Shown: positions 1 to 10,965, numbered from the stretch's first letter. The stretch: DNA of 64,000 nucleotides from Salinivirgaceae bacterium (GCA_024405635.1 JAKSOL010000011.1:1-64000), one strand, 5' to 3'. Numbers and translations are program-made. The notes: generated by a model not told the origin, from the letters alone.

Positions 1-38
1 TTTTTATTCGTTTTATGAATAACTTTTTTCAATTTTTA

Positions 39-839
39 TTAATGCACAACGGGTTTTACATCTGAATTTTTAGCATAACTCTTCAAAATGTTTGTCAACT
101 CTGCCTTTGTAACATAACTATCAAGTGTGTCGTTCATGCCAGCTTTGGTTACATAACTGTCAAGAGTGTCGTTCAAGTCAGCTTTAGTTACAAAATTGGC
201 ATGAGCAGCATCGGCATCGGCGGCCAAAACGTAATAAGCAAGTGTGTCGTTAAGTTTTTGAGTTGTTGCGTAATTGCTCAAAGCGCTACCCACATTGTTG
301 TTGCCAAGTGCTGAATTTATTGCATTTGATAGTTCGTCGCTTGTAATGTAGTCTTTCAGCTCGTCGGCAAGGTCGCTTTTCAAAACCAATGAAATGGCCG
401 ATTGAACTTCGGTGCTGCTAATGCTTTTTATAAGTTGAGCATTATCAATTTCGCCTGCTTGCGCTGCATAAAAAGCAAATGGCACACTCACAAGTTGAGT
501 GGTTCCTTTGCCAAACTCTGTAACAGTTTCCATGCTATAAATGGCGTTTGGAATATTCCACTTAATGTCGGAGAATTTTTGTTGGCTTGCGCCTTTTCCT
601 ACAACTAACGAAAACATACCGTTGGCGTTGGTTGTTACTGTGTGTTTTTCAGAATACGACGACACATCAACACCACCTACGTTGGCCGTAATGGTAAGCG
701 TAATGTCCATTTGTTTGTTTGAAACTACGGCGTTTTGTGCATCGCGCACTACAGCCTGATAACTAAACCCTTGTGGAACTTGGGCAAAAGTTGCAGTTGC
801 AATAAGCAACATTGCAATGAAAGCGGTTAACTTCTTCAT
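39..839 (-). CDS. Exported protein with a Bacteroidota fiber/FISUMP-associated-type N-terminal domain and C-terminal 13-aa repeats
   Basis: Start moved to MKKLTAFIAMLLIATATFA-Q (signal peptide). QVPQGFSYQAVVRD...HTVTTNANGMFSLVVGKG...QLVSVPFAFYA resembles the common N-terminal module of Bacteroidota fiber-like proteins. Repeats NDTLDSYVTKA(D/G/E) follow. Confidence 0.6.
   Translation of the reverse strand: MKKLTAFIAMLLIATATFAQVPQGFSYQAVVRDAQNAVVSNKQMDITLTITANVGGVDVSSYSEKHTVTTNANGMFSLVVGKGASQQKFSDIKWNIPNAIYSMETVTEFGKGTTQLVSVPFAFYAAQAGEIDNAQLIKSISSTEVQSAISLVLKSDLADELKDYITSDELSNAINSALGNNNVGSALSNYATTQKLNDTLAYYVLAADADAAHANFVTKADLNDTLDSYVTKAGMNDTLDSYVTKAELTNILKSYAKNSDVKPVVH
73..270 (-). repeat. Degenerate 39-bp (13-aa) intragenic tandem repeat
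   Basis: acataactatcaagtgtgtcgttca (112-136) and acataactgtcaagagtgtcgttca (151-175) are 39 bp apart; more degenerate copies near 73 and 230-255. Confidence 0.75.
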
Positions 840-1044
840 TGTTTGTTTAATACTTGTTGTGAAATACTCTATTAATTGTTTGTTTGCTTTTACATGAAAA
901 CTTGCATATAAAAGCGGGCGCAATATTAAAACAATTGCCACAATGGCACAAAAGTATTATGCCATAATAGGTTCAAAAATTAAATACAATTAATTGTGGC
1001 AAATAAAAGGCATTAGCCAATTATGAGGAAACACGTTGGTATTC

Positions 1045-1782
1045 TCAAATATTGTTGTTCAAAATGTTCAGTTGCATCAATTTATCGAACACCGATTGAG
1101 GAATAGTTCCATTTTTAAGAGCCTCAACATGCTGCATATTGTGAGCATCGGAGCCAAGAAAATCGCATAAACCAGCATTTACCAAAGATTGCGCTTGCTT
1201 ACATACCGAATCGGAATAAAAACCAATAAGCGAAAGCAAGTTAAGCTGAAAAAGTACCCCTCGCTCATGTAGTTTTTCTAATGGCGAAAAATCCTTAAAA
1301 TAATACATATAGCGCTCAGGATGAGCAAGAACAGGAGTGTAACCGTTTATCTGCAAAGCAAAAATTGTTTCTTGCAATTTGTGAGGCTCGTTGTTAAACG
1401 AAAATTCAAAAAGCACATACTTTTCGCCAAATGTCAACACCGATTTTTGTTCAATCAACTGCGCAAATTCATAGTCCATATAATATTCAGCAGCCACCTC
1501 CAAATTGACTTTACTTGCGCATTGTTCAGCAAGCACATTAAAATGATGCTGAATGGAACTTGTGGTATTATTAAAATAACCGCTCATTACGTGCGGTGTA
1601 GCAATAATCTTCTGGAAACCAAACTGATGCAAACCTTCAATCATTTGAAGGCTGAGTACAGTTGAGTTTGACCCATCGTCAATTGAGGGAACAATATGCG
1701 TATGCACATCGGTTTGTAGCCCCAATTGCGAAATTGGCACAACAGGCTCTTGTTTTTTGAATCGCTTAAAAATCAATGACAT
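1045..1782 (-). CDS. CpsB/CapC (YwqE-like) PHP-family protein-tyrosine phosphatase
   Basis: DVHTHIVPSIDDGS, IIATPH, AAEYY, PVLAHPERY and GSDAHN metal-binding motifs. Start placed at MSLIFKRFKK. Confidence 0.9.
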   Translation of the reverse strand: MSLIFKRFKKQEPVVPISQLGLQTDVHTHIVPSIDDGSNSTVLSLQMIEGLHQFGFQKIIATPHVMSGYFNNTTSSIQHHFNVLAEQCASKVNLEVAAEYYMDYEFAQLIEQKSVLTFGEKYVLFEFSFNNEPHKLQETIFALQINGYTPVLAHPERYMYYFKDFSPLEKLHERGVLFQLNLLSLIGFYSDSVCKQAQSLVNAGLCDFLGSDAHNMQHVEALKNGTIPQSVFDKLMQLNILNNNI

Positions 1783-1874
1783 AGAATTATGGTTCAAAGT
1801 TATGATTTTTAACATATTGATAGTTGTTTCAAGCATAAAAAAACATACTTTTGGGCGCGTTACACAAAACCACA

Positions 1875-2840
1875 ATGAAAAACCTAAGCGAATACATAAC
1901 TGGACTACTTTTTATTCACGATTGCGTGATACTTCCGGGCTTTGGTGGTTTTGTAACCAATTACAAAGAGGCTGGCCACGACAAACTAAGCCACACTTTT
2001 ACTCCGCCAACAAAAGATTTGCTTTTCAATAAAAACCTAACATACAACGACGGTTTGTTGATAAATCATTTGTCGCAACTAAAAGGCATTAGTTATGCTG
2101 AGGCCGAACAACAAGTAAAGCAAAGTGTTGATGCAGCATGGACAAAACTTGAAAATGGCGAAACACTTAAGTTTGACGGCATAGGTTCGTTTATATATAA
2201 CAACGAAGGTCAACTTCAATTTGAACCAGAAGTGAGCGAAAACCTACTTACCGACTCGTATGGAATGATGTCGTTTCGTTTTCCACCGCTCAACTATCAA
2301 GACAAAACAGAAACAACCGCAGTATCGCACCAAGTTCCAAGTTACAAAAACGCATTGCGCATTGCTGCCATATTAGTTCCAATAGCTTGCTTAGTTGCAA
2401 CAATACCAATGTATAATAACATGCATAGCGAATCGGCCAGTTTAGCTCCATTGCCAAAACAAAACGAGCCAATTGAACAAACATTAAGTGCATCGCTTGA
2501 CTCAGACACCACGCTAACTGAAGTGCTTGAAGCATCAACCAACAAACGCACTGCATTATTCTACAACGAGCCAGCACCTCAAAAAACAACACAACAACCT
2601 GCCACAAAAGGCAATTTTGTTTATCACATTATTGCAGGTAGTTTTAAAGATGCCGAACACGCCAACATTCACGCAAAGAAATTTCAAAAAGAATTTAATA
2701 CACAAGTGGTTGAAACCGATAACATGTACCGCGTTTCAATTCGCCAATTTAACGATAAAGTTTCGGCCCTACACGAATTGCGACACATACGCGCAAACGA
2801 ACAGTATAGCTCATTTTGGCTGCTAACTGTCGAAAAATAG
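1875..2840 (+). CDS. HU-CCDC81-like domain, TM segment and C-terminal SPOR domain protein
   Basis: N-terminal LLFIHDCVILPGFGGFV...FNKNLTYNDGLL; hydrophobic IAAILVPIACLVATI; C-terminal YHIIAGSFK...YRVSI...FWLL (SPOR-like). Confidence 0.8.
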   Translation: MKNLSEYITGLLFIHDCVILPGFGGFVTNYKEAGHDKLSHTFTPPTKDLLFNKNLTYNDGLLINHLSQLKGISYAEAEQQVKQSVDAAWTKLENGETLKFDGIGSFIYNNEGQLQFEPEVSENLLTDSYGMMSFRFPPLNYQDKTETTAVSHQVPSYKNALRIAAILVPIACLVATIPMYNNMHSESASLAPLPKQNEPIEQTLSASLDSDTTLTEVLEASTNKRTALFYNEPAPQKTTQQPATKGNFVYHIIAGSFKDAEHANIHAKKFQKEFNTQVVETDNMYRVSIRQFNDKVSALHELRHIRANEQYSSFWLLTVEK

Positions 2841-3036
2841 GTGTCACACTAGCATAATCTGCACGTCTAGTTTTTCAGCAAAAACAATTTAGCTGCTCAA
2901 ACCAATTTGCTGCACATTGTAACTACCGACAAATCAAAAAAATAACGCAACACGTAACAGCATTTACCAATAAATTCTATTTTCGTGGGTGTAATAACTA
3001 ATTGTGTCACATACACGTACTAAACATCAAATAATT

Positions 3037-4872
3037 ATGATGGACGAACTATTAAACAATTCCGAAGAACCTATTGAAGGTGCAAACTCTGCCGAAAACA
3101 TTGAGCAATTGCCAGTGGCAGACGAAATTATGACAGAAGACGAACAAGCTGAAGACGAGAGCTTTTCAAAAATGTCGCGACAAGAATTACTGGCAAAGTT
3201 TAACGAACTTATTAAAACCGAAAAAATAGAATCGGTTATCTATTCGGTTGAAAAAATTAAAACCGCCTTTTACAAAACCTATCGCGCCGACTACGAAGTG
3301 GCACGCGACAAGTACAAAGAGCAAAACGAAGGCTCGATTGAAGGATTTAAATTTTCTGACGAAAACCAAGAAGACACCTTTAAAGAGCTATACAACCTTT
3401 TTAAAGACAAAAAAGCAGCTTACCACAAGCAACAAGAAGAGGAAATGACCAATAATCTGAATAAGAAAAACCAGATTATTGAAGAAATACGTAGCTTGGT
3501 TAACAAAGAAGAATCGCTAAACGTAACATTCCAGATATTTCATGGTTTGCAAGACCAATGGCGCGAAATTGGCAACGTACCACAAGCCAGCCAAAAATCT
3601 CTTTCCGATGCCTATAACTACGCTGTTGAGCAATTTTACAACTACATAAAAATAAACAAAGAGCTTCGCGACCTTGATTTTCGCAACAATATGGAGCAGA
3701 AAATTGAGTTGTGCGAAAAAGCAGAGGCTTTAATGATGCAAGAGTCAATAGTTAAAGCCTTTAAAACTTTGCAAGAGTATCACAACCAATGGCGCGAAAT
3801 TGGCCCAGTTCCTAGCGAACAAAAAGAAGACCTTTGGGACCGATTTAAAAACGCCACCTCGGTAATAAATAAAAAATACCAAGACTATTTTGAGAGCCAA
3901 AAAGAGCAACAAATAAAAAATCTTGAGCAAAAAACAGCCCTTTGCGAGCGCATTGAAGAAATGGTTGCCTCAACAATTGAACACGCAAAAGATTGGGAAG
4001 AGAAAACTGCCGAAGTGCTTAAAATTCAAGAATTGTGGCGCACTATTGGCTACGCTCCTAAAAAGGACAACAACAAAATTTACCAACGCTTTAAAACAGC
4101 AAGCGACCAATTTTTTGCCAAGAAACGTGATTTTTACAAAACCATAAAAGAGGGACAAAAAACTAACCTTCAGCTAAAAATTGAGTTGTGCGAAAAAGCC
4201 GAGGCATTGAAAGATAGCACCGACTGGAAAAAAACCAGCGACGCTTTTCTTCAACTTCAAAAGAAATGGAAAGAAGTTGGCCAAGTTCCTCACAAACAAG
4301 TTGAACCTCTATGGAAACGATTCCGCGAGGCTTGCGACTGCTTTTTCAATGCTAAAGCCGAACATTTTAAATCAGTTGGATCGGACCAAGAAGAAAACCT
4401 AAAACGCAAACAAGAGTTGATTGACCGCGTTGTGAACTTTGAAAAATCGGCCGACGACAAAGAAAATATGCGCCGCTTGATGGACATTCAAAAAGAATGG
4501 TCGAGCATTGGACACGTGCCATTGAACAAAAAAGAACAAGTGCAAAAAGCTTTTCGCGATTCTATAAATGCTCAATTTGCTAGCATAAAAGTAAATGCTG
4601 GCGAGCGCGACAAAGCCAACTTTAAAAACAAAATTGACACTTGGGTTGAAACAAAATCGAACGGCAAAATTTATGCTGAACGCAACAAGATTGTTACTCA
4701 AATTCGTGAAACCGAAAACGAGATTCTTCTTTACGAAAACAACATGGGATTCTTCTCAAAATCGGCTAACTCTGAAGCAATGATTGAAGATATTAAACGC
4801 AAAATTGCTAACTCTAAAAACCGCTTGGTTAGCTTAAAAGAAAAACTTCAAATGCTTAACAACATTGAGTAA
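3037..4872 (+). CDS. DUF349 repeat-containing coiled-coil protein
   Basis: Repeated units such as LQDQWREIGNVP, QWREIGPVP...LWDRFK, WKEVGQVP...LWKRFREACD and NLxxKxxLCExAE. Confidence 0.9.
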   Translation: MMDELLNNSEEPIEGANSAENIEQLPVADEIMTEDEQAEDESFSKMSRQELLAKFNELIKTEKIESVIYSVEKIKTAFYKTYRADYEVARDKYKEQNEGSIEGFKFSDENQEDTFKELYNLFKDKKAAYHKQQEEEMTNNLNKKNQIIEEIRSLVNKEESLNVTFQIFHGLQDQWREIGNVPQASQKSLSDAYNYAVEQFYNYIKINKELRDLDFRNNMEQKIELCEKAEALMMQESIVKAFKTLQEYHNQWREIGPVPSEQKEDLWDRFKNATSVINKKYQDYFESQKEQQIKNLEQKTALCERIEEMVASTIEHAKDWEEKTAEVLKIQELWRTIGYAPKKDNNKIYQRFKTASDQFFAKKRDFYKTIKEGQKTNLQLKIELCEKAEALKDSTDWKKTSDAFLQLQKKWKEVGQVPHKQVEPLWKRFREACDCFFNAKAEHFKSVGSDQEENLKRKQELIDRVVNFEKSADDKENMRRLMDIQKEWSSIGHVPLNKKEQVQKAFRDSINAQFASIKVNAGERDKANFKNKIDTWVETKSNGKIYAERNKIVTQIRETENEILLYENNMGFFSKSANSEAMIEDIKRKIANSKNRLVSLKEKLQMLNNIE

Positions 4873-4897
4873 TTGTTTAAAATAAACATTAGCATAC

Positions 4898-4930
4898 ACC
4901 TCCTGCAGTTTTTGTGGGAGGTTTTTTTTT
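4898..4930 (+). terminator. Rho-independent terminator
   Basis: acctcctgca / tgtgggaggt stem followed by a T run. Confidence 0.75.
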
Positions 4931-4940
4931 CAATAGAAAA

Positions 4941-5708
4941 ATGAGATACATCGACACACATACCCATTTATATACCGAGGAATTTGACCCCGACCGCAAT
5001 CAAGTAATGCAAGCAGCAATTGATGCAGGTGTTACCAAAATGGTGATGCCCGCCATTGATACCGATAGCCATAAGCAACTAATTGATTTGGCCGACAAGT
5101 GGCCAGGCGTAGTTTTTCCAGCCATGGGAGTTCACCCAACCTCAATAAATATCGACTACAAACAACAACTTGATGCAGTGGAACAGTACTTGGCTCAACG
5201 CCATTTTTGCGCCATTGGCGAAATTGGTACCGACTTTTATTGGGACACTACTTTTGCAACGCAACAAATTGATGCTTTTACTGTTCAATTGCGTTGGGCA
5301 ATTGATGCCAACAAACCAGTTATTATACACACGCGTAACTCGATGGACGAAACGCTAAAAGTGCTTGAGACTTTTGTATGCCCACAACTACGAGGAATAT
5401 TGCATTGTTTTTCGGGCACAGCAGAACAAGCAAAAAAAGCCATTGAAATGGGATTTTTAATTGGCATTGGCGGTGTGCTTACTTTCAAAAAAAGCGACAC
5501 TCCAAACATAGTTAACGAAATTGGAATTGACCATTTAGTTCTTGAAACCGATAGCCCATATTTAACTCCAGTACCTTTTCGTGGCAGCAGAAACGAGAGC
5601 AAACACATTCCAGTTATTGCACAAAAATTGGCTGAGGTGCTTAATGTTTCGGTTGAAAAAGTGGCAGAAGTAACTACCAAAAACGCCGAAAACTTATTCG
5701 GTATTTAA
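4941..5708 (+). CDS. tatD: TatD family deoxyribonuclease/hydrolase
   Basis: IDTHTH, GVHP, AIGEIGTD, IIHTR, LHCFSG and LETDSPYL motifs. Confidence 0.93.
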   Translation: MRYIDTHTHLYTEEFDPDRNQVMQAAIDAGVTKMVMPAIDTDSHKQLIDLADKWPGVVFPAMGVHPTSINIDYKQQLDAVEQYLAQRHFCAIGEIGTDFYWDTTFATQQIDAFTVQLRWAIDANKPVIIHTRNSMDETLKVLETFVCPQLRGILHCFSGTAEQAKKAIEMGFLIGIGGVLTFKKSDTPNIVNEIGIDHLVLETDSPYLTPVPFRGSRNESKHIPVIAQKLAEVLNVSVEKVAEVTTKNAENLFGI

Positions 5709-5713
5709 TTTAA

Positions 5714-6976
5714 CTACCTGATAATAAGTTCAATATCGTCGCCGAGTGGCGTTAGTATTGTGCCGGGCGGAATGTAAATTAAATCGCCAGGCTTAACGTT
5801 TGAGTATATCATACGTTTACCTACGCCCTTAAATGTTGTAATTTTCACAATCTTTTTCCCCGACTTGTAGTACAAATAAAAGTCACTGTTGTGCGGATCG
5901 TTAAGAGCATCAAGCATTTGCTGGCTATCGGCAAAATAGTTGTACAAAATTTGCCCGTCTTCAACCTTAAGGTAAAAATCGCGACCTACACTTGGTACTG
6001 TAAAATTGGTTGACTGCGTAATGCTAAGTGGATTGCTTTCCGACACATTTACGTAATATTTCTGTAAATAAGTTCCGCTAATTTGACCATTAGAATACCC
6101 TTGCAAAATATTGCGAAACATTTGCTCCAACTGTTGGCCATCAACTTCAGATTGACCATGGTTTGTTAACGATAGGTTTATCAGTCCAAAAAGAGTTTCG
6201 CGAAAGTTGCATGTGTCGATAGGAATGTTGCGGTATTTGGCAAAATGTTCTTCGTAAATCAAGCTTCGGAACATCACCTTTTCGGCATAAGCCATAGCCT
6301 GATTGCCTACTCCGTTGTAGTTGCGCAAACCATCAATTTTATGTTGAGCATCGTATTCTTTTATCAATGGCAAAAACTCAAACGGGAACCGGATTTGCAT
6401 GCGATGGTTGCGGAAATAATGGTTGCCGTTTTTGTTGAATGCAAAGAAAGAACTCCAAAACTGCTTGTCGGCTTTGTAAAGTTCGCGCGCTGTTTTGCGG
6501 TAAAGTTGCGGCAAGCCAATGCTTTTACCCTCGTCGCCAACTGCATACGGATTGAAAGCCGACTCGGAAAACTGCTGTGCTAGCACAACACACAACGACG
6601 GTGCATCAACACCATATTTTTTATATGCTCGCCAAGCCTCTTGCTCATAAAGCGAAGCCAAATCGGACGGCACGTAACCTATTCCAGTTTGATATTTTGA
6701 ATTGTAAAGCGTATAGTAACGAGCCGACTTGCTGCGATAGCTAATCAACTCAATTGGAATGCGAAAGTTTTCGGGAATGGAATCTTTTTCCCACATGGAA
6801 ATTTGTGCTTTGCGCTGCTCACGAAAAACAGATTTGTCTTTTGCTGTCATTCGTTTGTAGTTAACTAATTTGCGCATATCGTCGTCAACTGTTTGTGCCG
6901 ATGCACTAACCGCTGATGCAAGCAGCAAAGTTGCTACCACGACATGCAAACCCGATGCTAATCTGCTGAAAATCAT
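5714..6976 (-). CDS. Exported protein with lytic transglycosylase (SLT)-like domain and possible LysM-like C-terminus
   Basis: Signal peptide (..ASAVSASA-Q); KKYGVD...AQQFSESAFNPYAVGDEGKSIGLPQL (SLT ES...GLxQ motif); LRNYNG; ends SNVKPGDLIYIP. Confidence 0.6.
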   Translation of the reverse strand: MIFSRLASGLHVVVATLLLASAVSASAQTVDDDMRKLVNYKRMTAKDKSVFREQRKAQISMWEKDSIPENFRIPIELISYRSKSARYYTLYNSKYQTGIGYVPSDLASLYEQEAWRAYKKYGVDAPSLCVVLAQQFSESAFNPYAVGDEGKSIGLPQLYRKTARELYKADKQFWSSFFAFNKNGNHYFRNHRMQIRFPFEFLPLIKEYDAQHKIDGLRNYNGVGNQAMAYAEKVMFRSLIYEEHFAKYRNIPIDTCNFRETLFGLINLSLTNHGQSEVDGQQLEQMFRNILQGYSNGQISGTYLQKYYVNVSESNPLSITQSTNFTVPSVGRDFYLKVEDGQILYNYFADSQQMLDALNDPHNSDFYLYYKSGKKIVKITTFKGVGKRMIYSNVKPGDLIYIPPGTILTPLGDDIELIIR

Positions 6977-7186
6977 TAGTTATACTTGCAAGTTTGCAAA
7001 GATAGATATTTAGCCGTTTGCTTATTCGTGCTGCATAGTTTTACACAATTATTAGTTGGTTTAGCTAGTTGTTGCTTGCGAAATAATAATCAATAAAAAA
7101 AACTTTGAGCCATTGATTACCCACTTTATAAACTTTACACTTTATAAACTTAATTACATTTGCCGATTAAAATTATTTGGTGAAAT

Positions 7187-10003
7187 ATGGAATACAACTT
7201 TAAAGAAATTGAAAGCAAGTGGCAAAATCAATGGATTGCCGATAAAACCTACAAAGTGGCAGTAGATGCCTCACGTCCAAAATTTTATGTTCTTGACATG
7301 TTCCCATATCCATCGGGAGCCGGACTTCATGTTGGTCACCCACTGGGATACATAGCATCTGACGTTTATAGCCGCTACAAACGCCTCAATGGATTTAATG
7401 TGTTGCACCCAATGGGCTACGATGCCTACGGTTTGCCAGCCGAGCAATATGCCATTCAAACTGGTCAACACCCAGCCATCACCACAAGCAAAAACATTGC
7501 CCGTTACCGCGAGCAACTTGACAAAATAGGGTTTTGCTACGATTGGAGCCGCGAGGTTAAAACATGCGACCCAATTTACTACAAATGGACCCAATGGGCA
7601 TTCCAAAAAATGTTCAATAGCTATTACTGCAACAATTGCCAAAAAGCTCAACCTATTGAAAATTTGATTGCTCATTTTGAAAAAGAAGGAACAGCCAACC
7701 TAAACGTAGCATGCGGCGAAGAACTTTCGTTTTCAGCTGCCGAATGGCTTGCCAAAACCGATAGCGAAAAACAAGACATTTTAATGAACTACCGCATTGC
7801 TTACCTTGGCAATACAATGGTAAACTGGTGCCCAAAACTAGGCACTGTGCTTGCCAACGACGAGGTGAGCGAAGGTCTTTCAGTTCGCGGCGGTTACCCA
7901 GTTGAACAACGCGTTATGCGCCAATGGAGCCTTCGTGTTAGCGCTTATGCACAACGTTTGCTCGATGGACTTGACACAATTGACTGGACCGACTCGCTAA
8001 AAGAAACCCAACGCAACTGGATTGGTCGCAGCGAGGGTACCGAAATGCGTTTTGGCATTAAAGGCACAAACCAAGAATTTACCATTTTCACCACCCGTGC
8101 CGACACCGTTTTTGGTGTAACATTTATGGTACTTGCTCCTGAAAGCGAACTTGTTGCACAAGTAACCACAGCCGACCAAAAAACTGCAGTTGACGAATAT
8201 GTAGCCAACACCAAAAAACGTACTGAACGCGAACGTATTGCCGACCGCAAAGTAACCGGCGTGTTCTCTGGTTCATACGCCATCAATCCTCTCACCAAAA
8301 AAGAAATTCCAATTTGGATTAGCGACTATGTGCTTGCCGGATACGGAACTGGTGCCATTATGGCCGTTCCAGCCCACGATAGCCGCGACTATGCTTTCGC
8401 CAAAGAATTTAACTTGCCAATCATTCCTTTAATTGAAGGTGCCGATGTTAGCGAGCAAAGTTTTGATGCCAAAGAAGGCATTATGATGAACTCGGCCAAC
8501 GACGAACTAAACCTTAACGGACTTACAGTAAAAGAATCGATTGCCAAAACAAAAGAATACGTTACTCGCAAAGGATTAGGTCGCGTTAAAGTGAACTATC
8601 GCCTACGCGATGCTATTTTCAGCCGTCAACGTTATTGGGGCGAACCATTCCCAGTTTACTACAAAGACGGCATGCCATATATGATTCCTGCCGAATGCCT
8701 TCCAATTGAATTGCCAGAGGTAAGCGCATTCCTTCCTACCGAATCGGGCGAACCTCCATTGGGCAACGCAACCAAATGGGCATGGGACGAAAAAAATCGC
8801 TGCGTAGCAAACGTTGCCGACATTGACAACAAAACCATTTTCCCACTTGAACTATGCACCATGCCAGGTTTTGCAGGTTCAAGCGCATACTACCTACGCT
8901 ACATGGACCCACAAAACACTGAGGCCCTTGTTAGCAACCAAGCCAACAATTACTGGCAAAACGTTGACCTTTACATTGGCGGCTCAGAGCACGCTACAGG
9001 CCACTTGATTTACAGCCGTTTTTGGAACAAATTCTTGTTTGATATGGGACTTATCTGCAAAGACGAGCCATTCCAAAAACTAATAAACCAAGGCATGATT
9101 CAAGGTCGATCAAACTTTGTGTATCGTGTAAAAGGAACAAACCAATTTGTATCGCTTGGACTAAAAAACCAATACGACACACAAGAAATACACGTTGACG
9201 TTAACATTGTTAAAAACGATATTCTTGACCTTGAAGCATTTAAAGCATGGCAACCACAATTTGCCGATGCTGAATTTATTCTTGAAGACGGCAAATATGT
9301 TTGCGGTTGGGCAGTTGAGAAAATGTCAAAATCAATGTTCAACGTGGTTAACCCCGACGACATAATTGAGCAATATGGAGCCGACACACTTCGCCTATAC
9401 GAAATGTTCCTTGGCCCTATTGACCAATCGAAACCTTGGGATACTAACGGCATTGACGGTGTACACAAATTCCTACGCAAAATGTGGCGCTTGTTCTTTG
9501 ACAAAGACGGTAACCTTTGCCTAAACGATGCAGAACCATCAAGCAAAGAACTAAAGGTTATACACAAAACCATAAAGAAAATTAGCGACGACATTCTTCG
9601 TTTCTCGTTCAACACTAGTGTTAGCGCATTTATGATTTGTGTTAACGAACTAGGCGACCTTAAATGCAACAACCGCAAAGTACTTAGCGACTTGGTTGTG
9701 CTACTTACACCATTTGCACCACACGTTTGCGAAGAGTTGTGGCACTTGTTGGGCAACACTAACTCGGTTTGCGATGCTAAATGGCCTGAGTTTGACGAGA
9801 AAAACCTAGTTGAGAATACAGTTCAATACCCAGTTTCGTTCAACGGCAAAACTCGATTCTTTATTGAAATGCCTGTTGGCGCAACCAAAGAACAGATTGA
9901 ACAAGCAGCTCTCTCAAACGAGGCAGCAGCAAAATGGACCGAAGGCAAAACACCTAAAAAGGTGATTGTGGTACCAAACAAAATTATCAACATTGTTATT
10001 TAA
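7187..10003 (+). CDS. leuS: Leucine--tRNA ligase
   Basis: [13 protein letters not shown] (HIGH-type), CP1 editing motifs FTTRADT and [18 protein letters not shown]. Confidence 0.98.
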   Translation: MEYNFKEIESKWQNQWIADKTYKVAVDASRPKFYVLDMFPYPSGAGLHVGHPLGYIASDVYSRYKRLNGFNVLHPMGYDAYGLPAEQYAIQTGQHPAITTSKNIARYREQLDKIGFCYDWSREVKTCDPIYYKWTQWAFQKMFNSYYCNNCQKAQPIENLIAHFEKEGTANLNVACGEELSFSAAEWLAKTDSEKQDILMNYRIAYLGNTMVNWCPKLGTVLANDEVSEGLSVRGGYPVEQRVMRQWSLRVSAYAQRLLDGLDTIDWTDSLKETQRNWIGRSEGTEMRFGIKGTNQEFTIFTTRADTVFGVTFMVLAPESELVAQVTTADQKTAVDEYVANTKKRTERERIADRKVTGVFSGSYAINPLTKKEIPIWISDYVLAGYGTGAIMAVPAHDSRDYAFAKEFNLPIIPLIEGADVSEQSFDAKEGIMMNSANDELNLNGLTVKESIAKTKEYVTRKGLGRVKVNYRLRDAIFSRQRYWGEPFPVYYKDGMPYMIPAECLPIELPEVSAFLPTESGEPPLGNATKWAWDEKNRCVANVADIDNKTIFPLELCTMPGFAGSSAYYLRYMDPQNTEALVSNQANNYWQNVDLYIGGSEHATGHLIYSRFWNKFLFDMGLICKDEPFQKLINQGMIQGRSNFVYRVKGTNQFVSLGLKNQYDTQEIHVDVNIVKNDILDLEAFKAWQPQFADAEFILEDGKYVCGWAVEKMSKSMFNVVNPDDIIEQYGADTLRLYEMFLGPIDQSKPWDTNGIDGVHKFLRKMWRLFFDKDGNLCLNDAEPSSKELKVIHKTIKKISDDILRFSFNTSVSAFMICVNELGDLKCNNRKVLSDLVVLLTPFAPHVCEELWHLLGNTNSVCDAKWPEFDEKNLVENTVQYPVSFNGKTRFFIEMPVGATKEQIEQAALSNEAAAKWTEGKTPKKVIVVPNKIINIVI

Positions 10004-10006
10004 GCA

Positions 10007-10027
10007 GAGGCGGGGAAATCCCGCCTC
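10007..10027 (+). other. GC-rich hairpin after leuS without a U-tract (mRNA-stabilising or weak terminator)
   Basis: gaggcggg-gaaat-cccgcctc, perfect 8-bp stem. Confidence 0.55.
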
Positions 10028-10059
10028 ACTTGCTAAATAAATTACACCACCACTACAAA

Positions 10060-10947
10060 ATGGCCAAGTTAACCACAAAGTTTACTGACACATTGCGCGA
10101 GTATGTGATAATGACCATTGGTCTGTGCATATACTCGCTTGGCTGGAGTGCATTTACCCTACAAGCCAAAGTGGTGGGCGGTGGTGTATCAGGTATTGCA
10201 TCGGCAATATACTATGCTAGCAACATACCCGTTGAATACTCATACATAAGTATAAACATAGGTTTAATACTGCTTGCTCTTTACTTTTTAGGAACCAACT
10301 TTGGGGCAAAAACAATTTATAGCATAGCAACCATATCGCTATTATTACGAATATGGAATAGCTTGATAACCCAACCCCTTATTGACGACCCTTTTATGGA
10401 AACCGTTTTAGGCGCCGCCATAAGTGGAATTGGAATAGGCATAGTATTTACCCAAGGTGGAAGCACAGGAGGTTCCGACATTGTGGGCATGATTGTTAAC
10501 AAATACTACAACATAAGTCCCGCTAAAGTAGTGCTTATGTGCGATGCACTTATTGTAGGTTCATCGTTCTTTATTTTTTATGCACAAGACCCCGATGTTT
10601 ACAAAAGCATATCAAAAATACTATATGGTTTTGTGTCGGTTGGAGTAATAAGTTGGTGCATCGATTTTGTGCTTATTGGTCGCAAACAATCGGTTCAAAT
10701 TATGATTTTTTCAAAAGAATACATAAAACTAGCCGACACAATAAGCGAAGAACTGAACCGTGGAGTAACTATTCTTGAAGGCACAGGATGGCATTCAAAA
10801 CAACAAGTTAAAATAGTGCTCACCATTGTAAAACAAAACCAAGTAAGCCTGGTAAACAAAATTGTAAAACAAATAGACCCTGCAGCCTTTATAACACACG
10901 GATCGGTAATGAGTGTTTATGGCCAAGGATTTGAAAAAATGAAATAA
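10060..10947 (+). CDS. YitT family membrane protein (DUF161/DUF2179)
   Basis: GGGVSGIA, GGSTGGSDI, RGVTILEGTGW and IDPAAFI motifs; several TM segments. Confidence 0.9.
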   Translation: MAKLTTKFTDTLREYVIMTIGLCIYSLGWSAFTLQAKVVGGGVSGIASAIYYASNIPVEYSYISINIGLILLALYFLGTNFGAKTIYSIATISLLLRIWNSLITQPLIDDPFMETVLGAAISGIGIGIVFTQGGSTGGSDIVGMIVNKYYNISPAKVVLMCDALIVGSSFFIFYAQDPDVYKSISKILYGFVSVGVISWCIDFVLIGRKQSVQIMIFSKEYIKLADTISEELNRGVTILEGTGWHSKQQVKIVLTIVKQNQVSLVNKIVKQIDPAAFITHGSVMSVYGQGFEKMK

Positions 10948-10965
10948 CTCACAAATTGAACTTTG

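Noticed and set aside
73-270. CRISPR array or diversity-generating retroelement repeat
   Set aside because: The repeats are in-frame coding units without spacers; no adenine-specific mismatch pattern and no reverse transcriptase.
9100-9759. Long antisense ORFs (e.g. 9100-9759, 12985-13602, 21901-22617, 30738-31241, 60899-61462)
   Set aside because: Shadows of well-supported genes on the opposite strand with no recognisable motifs.
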